A stretch of DNA of 63,635 bases, counting the filler, from Vermamoeba vermiformis (taxonomy: Eukaryota): assembly GCA_045837725.1 (NCBI GenBank). It is 11 parts of 11 records of this genome, joined end to end, with 100 filler letters (N's around TTAATTAATTAA, not from the genome) between each part and the next. Parts side by side here need not be neighbours in the genome. Positions count along the whole stretch, not along the records: positions 16,222 to 39,541 come from JBEWZL010000009.1; positions 39,642 to 45,109 come from JBEWZL010000010.1; positions 45,210 to 49,486 come from JBEWZL010000014.1; positions 49,587 to 56,009 come from JBEWZL010000015.1; 7 more parts are not named here. One strand, 5' to 3'. A model generated the notes under the pieces. It was not told the origin of the DNA. It was given only the letters and a program-made list of their open reading frames with translations, and ran no database searches. Position numbers and translations under genes: made by a program. Of this stretch, positions 39,483-49,658 are shown one piece after another; positions within the stretch are counted from its first letter, which is position 1; each line of letters begins with the position of its first letter.

Positions 39483-39978
39483 GACGATTTGTCATAGCAA
39501 ATTTCAATAAAACGAGAGATATCTCATTTTATCTAATTTAANNNNNNNNNNNNNNNNNNNNNNNNNNNNNNNNNNNNNNNNNNNNTTAATTAATTAANNN
39601 NNNNNNNNNNNNNNNNNNNNNNNNNNNNNNNNNNNNNNNNNATTATTTCCTCAAAGTATTTGTGATTGACAGCCACTACCGCCTTAAAAATAAAGAGCTC
39701 GCTGCAGCTACCTTCATAGTTAATTGATGCTAGTATTCTAACTTTAGGATTAAATCCTCCCTAACACCATCCGGATTCCGTTTCGCGTCAGTTTGGAACT
39801 GGGCCGACATAAGCCCGTGCTCCTGACTTAAATTAATTCAATGTTCAAACCAAATGCTAAGAATATTCAGAGCAGCGGACTAAAAATCTGGGTCGCGTGC
39901 TTCGATCGAACTGTCTAGAAACTTCGACAAGATTAAATTTTATCGCAAATCGTACAATAATACCACAAGACAAAAGTC

Positions 39979-40881
39979 ATGGCTGCATCAACGCGAAAGA
40001 AAGTTCAATTAGAACCCGGTCACACGTTGGCTGATTGGTACCGCCTCGTGCAATCTGGTGAAGATCTCGGTGGAGCTCCTCGTACACTTCGAGTTCCAAT
40101 CGATGAGGTAAATTTAATTACAATTTTATTGGTACATATTAAAATATGCAAAAGCTGTTTTGCCGCTTGAAAAGACCGATGAAAATTAAGATCTCCTTTC
40201 GCCCGTTTACTTTAATTTAAAATAATATGTATTTATGTTGCCCTATTAATATTAATCATATTGGTAGTGTTATTTTGATTTTCTAAATTGACTATAATTT
40301 TTAAACGGAATTATAACAGTTCACTTTCGAACAGGTCAAAAAACACAATACGAAAGAAGATTGCTGGATTATATTAAAGGGCAAAGTATACAATATTACT
40401 AAGTACCTCGCTTTTCATCCTGGTGGCATTCCTAAAGTGATGGTCGTCGCTGGAAAAGACGCCACGCGACTATTTGGTATGTTAAACTAATCTAAGCAAA
40501 TATTAGTGCGTATAATAACGAGTAAATTATTAAGTGCGTATAATTAAGATAGATAACCTTAAATAGTACTTCGAGAGCGGATTTGACGGCAATTTAAGAT
40601 CTTCTCGCGCTATAGAAGCTAATATGTTTTGTATAGATCTAACGCATGCTTGGGTTAATTATGAAACATTACTACAACGATGTTTTGTTGGCTACGCTAT
40701 TATTGGCGAAAAACCGAAAGACGAAAATAATGAAGAGAAGATCGAACAAAAAAAAGAGAAAAATGACGAAGAGGAATTAGATAAGGAGACTATTAAACAA
40801 ATTACTATGTTTCCTGCCCCTGAAGGACATCAAATCACCAGCGGAACGAAGAAAAATTTGTTGAATAATGAGGACGAGTGA
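39979..40881 (+). CDS. Cytochrome b5-like heme-binding protein (resembles the CYB5R4/NCB5OR N-terminus), 3 exons
   Basis: RKKVQLEPGHTLADW, VKKHNTKEDCWIILKGKVYNITKYLAFHPGG, GKDATRLF and HAWVN. Confidence 0.9.
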
Positions 40882-41109
40882 CCTAGAGCGAGAAACACGT
40901 AATTATGTTGAAAATATTGTAAATAGTATTAAATAATAGCGAATTAGAGGATAGAAAATAAGTTTGCACGAGCCATAAATGAGATCCATAAGATCGACAT
41001 CTGAATCTGCCAACGTCAGCAATATTTTTCGCAATTTCCGATTCATTGTATCATTACCAACTTGGGTCATCATAATTTTGCTATCAATATTTTTCTTAAT
41101 ATTCGTGTT

Positions 41110-41626
41110 GGGACCCGTTTATGTAAATCGGGCCGGACTGAATAACCGACGTCCGATTTCAAAGCCGACCTTTTGCCGGTTTGCCGGACTAGCACCAAAT
41201 CACCTATCTCCAGTTGGTATATGCTGGCGACACTAAGGGCTACATGACTGGAAGGTGATTTTAAAAGACAATGCTTTGGAACGAATCTCGCAGATCCCAC
41301 CATTCAATCTCATCATGATAGCACTTATGCCTTGTAAGATAGGATGCCTTACATAGATTATGATGTCTTATGGCAGAAATTATTTGATCTTTGGCTTCTA
41401 TCGTGGAGATCTGGAAATCGATGCAATCTGCTATGGGAGGGGTACTGTCACCATTCGTGGCCGCATCGAAATTGTTACGGTAGAGTAGGCCCAAGGTATC
41501 ATAAAAAATAGGTGGGTAAGTACGGTATCGTGGGGTAAAGGATATCTCAACTTAAGCCGGCCTAATGTCGGGTCGGTTTTTGTACGTCCGTTTTCCAGTC
41601 CGGCCCGATTTACATAAACGGGCCCC
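41110..41626. mobile_element. 517-bp MITE with about 30-bp near-perfect TIRs and 8-bp target duplication TTCGTGTT
   Basis: TTCGTGTT|GGGACCCGTTTATGTAAATCGGGCCGGACTG ... CAGTCCGGCCCGATTTACATAAACGGGCCCC|TTCGTGTT. Confidence 0.93.
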
Positions 41627-41701
41627 TTCGTGTTGTTGGACGTTTTTCCGTTACGCAAATAAATTTCATTTTGGAAATATTTTTTGATTAGCAGCAACAC
41701 C

Positions 41702-43018
41702 ATGGACCCACAAGCGAATACTACAACTATACCTATGACTGATATGTCACAGTCTCCGCCGTCAGTGCAATCACCGCCCGTTGCATCTGCATCTCGAATG
41801 GATTTTGCGACGTCAGTGGCCACAAGTTATCTTAAGAATACTTTTTCATCGTGGAAAGACGAACGATTCAAGAGTTTAAGACCAGTCAGCTCATTTTTCA
41901 GCAAAGAAAGCTATTCTCTACCCAAAGTAACCGCAATCCCGAAGCGGCTATTAACCAACCTGAAATATTATCAAACAAATTATTTGGTGATCTTCTTTTT
42001 ATTATCACTTTATGGAGCGTAAGTAATTATAGAAAATTCTATTATTGTAATTTTTTGAAGATTTTTCTGACCGAGATCGTTTTCATAATTTTTGAAATAC
42101 AGCTTTAATGCTTGAAATTAAGCGGAATACTTGCACATATATTATTAACACGCATATTTATCAATATTGATTCGGGTTGCAAATGAAAGTTTGCTTTGCT
42201 TTTACAGATTTGGTTCATGAATTTTGTTTTAACGAGATCTGCTTTCATTCAATTCTTAACCAATTCATTTTACTATAGACTATCGAGCCCAATGTTCTTA
42301 TTAATTCTCGTCGGTATGACTGCCCTCTGGTACTACGCCATTAAAATGCGCAAAGAACCCGTCAAGCTCGGTCAATATTCTGTGCCCGAGAAAGTTACCT
42401 TAGCTGTCGTTATTTTGAGTAAGTTTCATCATATAGATGTATAGTACTGACGTATTATGCGTTAAATGTTACTATTGAAGCCTACATTAGCGAGATCCAT
42501 AGTGCGTGTCACGCGATCTGGATCTTGCTTTAAAATAATGCTATCGATTGATTACACGATTATAGTTATAATATCAGTTGATTAATTCTAATACATTATT
42601 CTTTACACAGTTACGTTGCTCTCATTCTATTTGGCCTCTGCCGGCACTGTTTTGTTCTGGATCTTCTCTGCAACTTCTATTGGTAAGCTATTATCTTTAT
42701 ATTATTATACATTCATATGATTTAGTCACGTTTTCGTTAAAATTAATACTATAGCTTATTTTGTTGAGGTTAATTAAGGTGCATCCGCACGTACTATAAA
42801 TCGTTCGTTACACGAGGCTAGTACAGCAAATTTAAGGATACAAATAGGATCAAAGTATAATACTAGGCACCTGCTAACTATATACCCTAGTTGTATTCAT
42901 TCACGCTCTGTTCTGCACTCCACCAGAGATCGACGAGTACGGATTCGGCACTGTTTTGCCCACAACTATGCCTCCACAGCCTCAAAGCCCCCCTACTGCT
43001 GCCTACACATCTTCTTAA
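41702..43018 (+). CDS. PRA1 (prenylated Rab acceptor) family protein, 4 exons
   Basis: LRPVSSFF...RLLTNLKYYQTNY, hydrophobic hairpins and FIHALF. Confidence 0.88.
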
Positions 43019-43272
43019 GCGGTATTACCGTGCGCGTGAGCTACGTAAGCTCTTTTAATTTTCTTTTGTTTGATATAAATAAATTTTTAGCCGATCGAAT
43101 AATTTATATCGATCCTCCGTTCGTTATCTTCCGTTATCGAACGATAAAATTATATATTTATTAAGAAGTTCAATTTAAACGGTTCGGTGTACCGATTTTT
43201 CGTTTAGTACTAAAAATAGAAAAGGCAATTCAATTTTTCATTCTTTACACTGTAACTGATAAAAGACCACAA

Positions 43273-45080
43273 ATGAAAATTATAGTCTTGCTATCAGTCG
43301 CTATTAGTGTTTTTTTTACGAGCGCGGGTGCAATATGTAACTCTACCAATGTTTATTTTTCATATGAATCCGCCTACGTTAAATCCAATTACACGATTAC
43401 CTTTGACGACCAAGGCTGGAATACCGAGGTACCAACGACGCTTAGTACTCCATTAGTACTCAGCCCTGGCCCAATCACGATCCGGATCTCTGGCACTAAC
43501 TGCGAGATTCGAAATTCCCTTTCCTGGTTGGATGGAACGGTCGGAGAAGGTGCCTATTGGAATGGAAGTGCTCTTTGGGATACAAGCAATTCCTTTGAAG
43601 TTACCGGCCCAGGCTATTATATGACCACGACTGCTGCTGATTCAGTTTGTACATTTGAGTTCGATCCGCCGGTCTCGCAGATTCAGGTGCGGACAATGTG
43701 CGGCAAATACGTCTTTGGAAGCCTTAAAATATATGATAAGGATAACATAGAAATGGGATGCCTACCTCAATATAACGCTCCTGGAGAAAACGTTAACTTT
43801 CAATTATGGTACACTGGATTAAGCAAGCAGATCGCCAAGCTAGAGTATACTGGAGGCCTGTTCGCTATTGATGAAATTGATTTACGATCGGGTTGCAAAG
43901 AAGGAGAATTTTGGAACATCACTAGGTGCTCTGGTAAGTTAACCGCCGAAATAATTAATTTTTTGTTAGATTTGCTTTTTTTAAATCTTAAATTTTACTA
44001 ATTAGGCTAATTTATTCTATTAGATTATGATGAATGCCTTTTTGGCTACTGCAACGAGAACGCTAACTGCATAAGTCCAAATAACATCCCGCAATGCACT
44101 TGCAAGCCTGGATTCGTCGGCGATGGAGTTGGGCAATTTGGATGTGACGGTAATTTACTCAATATATAATAGCATTTATGCCTGGAATGAGTTTGCTTTC
44201 GGATCCGAAAAACGTATTTTTTTATAATAATTATTAACTTTTGTTGCGCAGATCTGCAGGAGTGTTTGGGACCTGTAGATACGTGTCCTAACGGCACTTT
44301 ATGTTCTAATGAAGTCGGTGGATTCTTATGCTATTGCGATACCTACTATTTCGAATATGGTGTTGGTACACCTGAAAACGTGACTTGCATTGGTAAGATC
44401 CCGTTAAAACTATTTTCACTGAACGAGATCCGATTCTAAATTTTTCTTTTCTAAATCTAGACATCGACGAGTGCGCACGAACAGAGGGAGCAGGTGGTTA
44501 CCCGTGCGATTCTAACGCCACGTGCACGAATAAGTACGGTGGTTATCAATGCACTTGCAACGCTGGCTATGAAGGTGATGGATTAAACGAGTATTTCGGC
44601 ACTGGCTGCAAGAGTAAGTAATAATATCGATCACGTGATTCGATTTATATGCCAAGTTTGGCGCTCAAATTGCCCATTAATTTCTTTCGTTTGAAGCTTA
44701 AAAAAAAATAGTAATTAACTTCCATCGATTGGTACGACTTAATATAGAATTAGTTAGATTGATACTTATTAGTATCGTTTACGGTGATTAAGTACTAACT
44801 TCTCGAAGTGATTGACCTGTGCACAAATCCCGATGCATGCAGCCCATTGTCAACTAGCTGCGAGAGCTACAACGGCGTGACACTGAACTGCACGTGCCCA
44901 GCTGGTTACGAAGGCGATGGTGTGGGCAAGGATGGCTGCAGCATGATCATTCCCACTGCACCGCAAAGCACTAATGTACCAATAACAACTAAAGTGTCTG
45001 GCGCTAGCTTGCTCGGTGGATCTGTACAATGGTTGCTGTGGATCTGCTTCGTTCTATCGGTAGCGTTTAACATGTATTAA
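43273..45080 (+). CDS. Secreted, probably GPI-anchored protein with four EGF/Ca-EGF domains
   Basis: Signal peptide, beta-rich N-domain, and one EGF per exon (YDECLFGYCNENANC; DLQECLG; DIDECAR; IDLCTNPDAC). Hydrophobic C-terminus. Confidence 0.85.
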
Positions 45081-45370
45081 ATTACAATAATTATTAAATG
45101 TCCAACTCGNNNNNNNNNNNNNNNNNNNNNNNNNNNNNNNNNNNNNNNNNNNNTTAATTAATTAANNNNNNNNNNNNNNNNNNNNNNNNNNNNNNNNNNN
45201 NNNNNNNNNGCAGTGCATGGCCAAACATTGCAAGGCTGCAGCGTACGAGCCCATGGACACCATGCCAAGATAACAAAGGGCAGTCTTATGAAGGGTGAGT
45301 TTTACAGCGGCCAATAACCTGAATTCTGAGCCAATTTCTAGAAGAATCAATATTGTATATCTTTTCGTCT

Positions 45371-47632
45371 GGAGGACGTCCTGCCCAAATTAGACAGGGT
45401 GTCCGTCCATGGACAGGGTGTCCGTCCATAGACAGGGTGTCCGTCCGTGGACATGGTGTCCGTCCGTGGACAGGGTGTCCGGTCCCGGACGGGGTGTCCG
45501 CCGTGATTGGTAATTGACAAAACAGACCGGGGTTTTTTGCTAAATATAGTTTATATATGATTTACTTATGGTTGTAAGTGAGTTGAGTTAAAATATTGCA
45601 TAGGAATTATAAAAAGTACAAAAAGTGGTAAAAGTTCTATGAAGAACAACAGAGCATTCCTGATCACTCATTTCTGTGGCTATTACCTGCATTGGGAAGT
45701 TGTGTTGGTCCACTGGCCTCAGATTCGACTTCTGAGTGGTTTTCATCAAGTTGTTCTAAGTCAAAGCTCTCATCCAAGTAGTGTCCTTCATTAGGTGCAA
45801 TTGCATTCAAGCTATCTTTGATATGTTCAATGTCTGCAGCGTTAAGGGCTCCAAATGGGTAGTCAAGTTCTATCTCCTTGATACGATCATGTGCAATTTG
45901 TTGAAGGTGATAAAGTCGGTCACCTTCTGGATCTTCACCAAAGTCATATGAAGTCTCCAATTGTGAATTGCGGAAAGCGTTGTGGTCTCGGTACTTTTGA
46001 CTTGCACTGGTGAACTCCTTCCAATAATCGTAGTACCGCAAGAATGGTGCCACATATTGGACATCCGACAAGACAAGGCGAATAATTTTCGTACGGGAGT
46101 TGTTCATTTCTTCAGCTTCTTCAACCTCCATTTCATACTCTGGTGCCTCATCTTCAACTTCTGGAGCGAGTCTTCTCTTCTTTCTTGGTGGCTCCGGACT
46201 TGCAACAGAATCTGATTCATTTGTAGCAGGTCCAGATACTGGCGAAGGAATAGAAGACATATCTATTTCATTTCTGGTAACCTGGCGGCCTTTGAATCTG
46301 GCAAGCTTCTCAACAGTAGATCTGAAAGGCTGGCGGGCCAATGGCACAGGGGGAAGATCATTCTCTGGTATTCCATCATAGGCAAACAATGAATGGTTGG
46401 TGTCAAATCTTTCATTGTTTTTCTTTGCTCTGATGTTGATGTTATGCATAGCAGCACACAGGCGGAGAAGTAGGTTGAATTCCTTGATAGCAAACTCGTA
46501 TGTAGACTGGAAGATTGTAAACATGTTTTTTAAGGCTCCAAGGGCATTTTCCACTGCTCCACGGACACTTGAAATTGCTTTGTTCTCCATCTCAGCAAAT
46601 GAAGATAAAGGCAGGTTTCTGGGTTTTCTATGTGGTGCTATCCAAGTAAAGTTAGACAAGTTCTTCATAGAACTATTTAAACTTACTGACTGTTTTTCTT
46701 TCATCCGAGTCTTTTGTAAATGCTCCATCGGCAATAGACACATCATCAGCAGTCAAACTATCACAATAGGCATCGCCATATCTGCTCCACAGTTCTTGAT
46801 CATTAAATGTGCCAGCAGGATGTGAAGGGGAGATGTAGAAAATGATGTGGTCAAATCCAGTCCCAACCAATTGGTTCACTGCATCACATTTCAACTTGAA
46901 TGAATGCCAGCTATGCTCTCCTCTGACATCAGCAGGAACCTTGACAGCCATGTGAGTTCCATCCACAAGGGCAGTAATTTCTTGCCAAACACCACGGTTT
47001 CTTCTCTCAGAGCTTTCTTTTCTTTCAGCATGAGTCGATGTAATGTTTTCATCGACTTTGTCTTGAATAAGCCGAATTAAAGAAACCATTCCTTTAATGA
47101 ATTCAGACATTGAGCTTCTTGCAATACCATAGAATTTTTCGTATGTTCTAGTGGAATAATGTTGCATTAACCAGTTCAAAAAGAGGGTGACAGCGTGTTC
47201 CAATGTATAGCCCATTCTATTAAGAATTAGAAATTTCCGAATAATTTTCCAATAATTAATTAATATTTAAAAAATTAATTACACTTACGGAATACTTGGG
47301 AACTTTGTTTTACCCGGCAAGGGCTCATTCAAAACCTTTTTTAATGCATTATATAGCCATATTTGTGCCTTTGAATGCAATCTCTTATTGAAGTGGTTGA
47401 TATTCTCCCAAGTTTCCTTACTTAAGCGACGATCAGCACGAGTTCTACCAAGCTATTAGTATGAGAGGTATTTGAGTAATATTATAGGGGAATACTTTTG
47501 AGGCTTATTAGGCTCCATTTGTGCTATTTTTATCAAACTGCTAGAAATACTATGGACGGCGGACGCCCCGTCCGGCTCCGGACGCCCTGTCCGAATCCGG
47601 ACGTCCTGCTCAAATTGGGCAAGACGACCTCC
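45371..47632. mobile_element. PIF/Harbinger-superfamily transposon (2262 bp) with GGAGG TIRs, subterminal repeats and 3-bp target duplication TCT
   Basis: TCT|GGAGGACGTCCTGCCCAAATT ... AATTGGGCAAGACGACCTCC|TCT. Tandem GGACAGGGTGTCCGTCC(A/G)T subterminal units at 45390-45500. Contains a DDE_Tnp_4-type transposase. Confidence 0.85.
45664..47453 (-). CDS. PIF/Harbinger (DDE_Tnp_4/HARBI1-like) transposase with a long acidic C-terminal extension; first exon uncertain
   Basis: ALVDGTH, HSFKLKCDAVNQL, PAGTFND, IADGAF, TPHRKP and RGAVENALGALK. Introns 47288-47217 and 46686-46638 restore one frame. Confidence 0.9.
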
Positions 47633-48013
47633 TCTGTCCGTGGACATTGTGTCCGTCGGGGTCGCTGCATCCGCTGAAGTTAGTAATTGACCAACGAATA
47701 CCAAACTTTGCCATTATCACCAGCGGACCCAAGAAGGACTACTATTGGCATCAGGAGGCTTTGGGCTAGCTGCTGGAGGATGAAAATGTCATTGTTCTGC
47801 AAAGAACTTAAGTACTAGAACTTTGTTCTATATGCTGCAAAACCATTTAAACTTTGGAGAAACATAGAACTATCACTATATATAGGGTCCGCTGGTGCTA
47901 ATGGCAAAGTTAGGTATAAGTTGGTCAATTACTACATCAGCGGACGCACCGACCTCGGACGGATGCAATGTCCACGGACGGACGAAAAATTTTTGGCGGA
48001 CGGGACGTCCGCC
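47633..48013. mobile_element. Rearranged fragments of the GGCGG MITE family in inverted orientation
   Basis: 47633-47880 is the reverse complement of about 14095-14340. 47886-48013 is a direct copy of about 14245-14369. Confidence 0.8.
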
Positions 48014-48281
48014 TACATATCTTATGCACCACGAACTTTAGCTACACCACATCCTCAAACCTAGCTACACCACTACATTTCATATTTCATATAATAAAAC
48101 AAACTGGAACATTTCTGTTAGCTACTAACTTATGGGGACGCCCCGTTTTTTGGAGGACCCCTCTTCCATGCAAGGGTGCCCTGGATGCACCACAAAAATA
48201 GGGATCGACCCATTATCTGCTGTACGTCACATAATGCTGCGCCCTAATCTGTGAATACTTAATCTGCATTTTGTATAGTGC

Positions 48282-48979
48282 GGAGGTCGTCCTGCACATG
48301 GTGAGCAAGGTGTCCGTCCATGGTCAGGGTGTCCGTCCATGGACAGGGTGTCCACCGTGGACAGGGCATCCACCGACCTTAGTAATTGACCAATTCAAAT
48401 GCGCCTTGTTTCAGCATGTAGAACATGAATATAATATGGGTGGATTTTGCTTTCTGGCTGCTGAGGAGTGCTGTAGAACAGAGATTAGGAGGGGATGAAG
48501 TTGCCATACATTGGTGATTTCAGCAAACTCCATTTAAGTACTAGCACAGAGCTTAACCACCCGTATAAAGATTGATTATGAATTTTCTGGCCATTTTGTT
48601 GCTTACATATGAAGAACTCCCATTGAAGTTGGTTGCAAAAAAAAGTGTTACTTACACAGAACCAACCTCGTGCATCAATAGTTCTGTATAGAACTTGGTG
48701 TATTTTCAATTCTCTACAAATTTAATGTTGTTGAAAGGGTGTGCATGTCAACTTTTTTGTATCAGCTTTGATTTAAGTGCACGCATAGATTAGGAAGCTG
48801 CTTACTATAGCTATTGAAACTGTAAACATTTGGAGCCAAGTGAGGTATGCAGAAGACTAGTTCTGTTCTAAGCAATTGCTGCAACTGTCAGAGAAAACCT
48901 AAGGTCAGCGGACGCCCTGTCCATGGTGGACGCCCTGCCCATGGTGGACGTCCAGCTCACAGTATGCAAGCCGACCTCC
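48282..48979. mobile_element. 698-bp MITE related to the adjacent Harbinger element, 3-bp target duplication TGC
   Basis: TGC|GGAGGTCGTCCTGCAC ... TGCAAGCCGACCTCC|TGC. Same GGACAGGGTGTCC subterminal repeats at both ends. Confidence 0.88.
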
Positions 48980-49658
48980 TGCTAGTACGCTACTGCAAAG
49001 TTAAACTGGTATTAGGCAAAAAGGACAAAGTTCTTTTACGGGCTCAGACGTAGGATTGTTGTCCTGTCTGGCCGATGTGTGGTCATATTGCAGCAATTAG
49101 AACAAAGTTCTGGTGCTTAAGTTCTTTCCGGAATTTGCCATTTTCTGCCTCCAGCGCTTGGCCTGAACGCTCCTGATGCAACAGTAGTACTTGTTGATCC
49201 TGCTGGTACTAATGGCAAAGTTTGGTCTAAGTTGGTCAATTACTAACATCAAGACACAGCGACCCGAGATATCATAGTTGCATTTGGTTGGATGGTGCAG
49301 AAGTGTTCTGTGTTCAGTCTGCATTATTTCATCATTAAAATCAGGGGAGAATCACTCTTTTTTTCTCACCACAACTAACACTTAGATTTGCTGGCACAAG
49401 ATGTCAGAGGTGGTGACAACAGCTTGTACTGGCTCAAAAGCAAAAGAGGTTTAGATACAGGGCCTTATGCAAGCTCTACAACATTTNNNNNNNNNNNNNN
49501 NNNNNNNNNNNNNNNNNNNNNNNNNNNNNNTTAATTAATTAANNNNNNNNNNNNNNNNNNNNNNNNNNNNNNNNNNNNNNNNNNNNTAAGACCCTAAATC
49601 AAATTTTGTCTCCTGATCGCAAAAACATTTTGTTGTATCTGTCGACAAATTGAAGACA

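Larger units (their letters stand above)
35026..39525. mobile_element. Candidate 4.5-kb Sola-like DNA transposon with two divergently transcribed genes
   Basis: Imperfect 5'-GAG terminal inverted repeats (GAGAGGTATCTCATTTT versus GAGATATCTCTCGTTTT, 13/17 identical) just outside both stop codons. Flanks AATT/ATTT. Confidence 0.6.

Noticed and set aside
45390-45500. CRISPR-like or independent tandem repeat
   Set aside because: These are subterminal repeats of the Harbinger element, mirrored at its other end and in its MITE.
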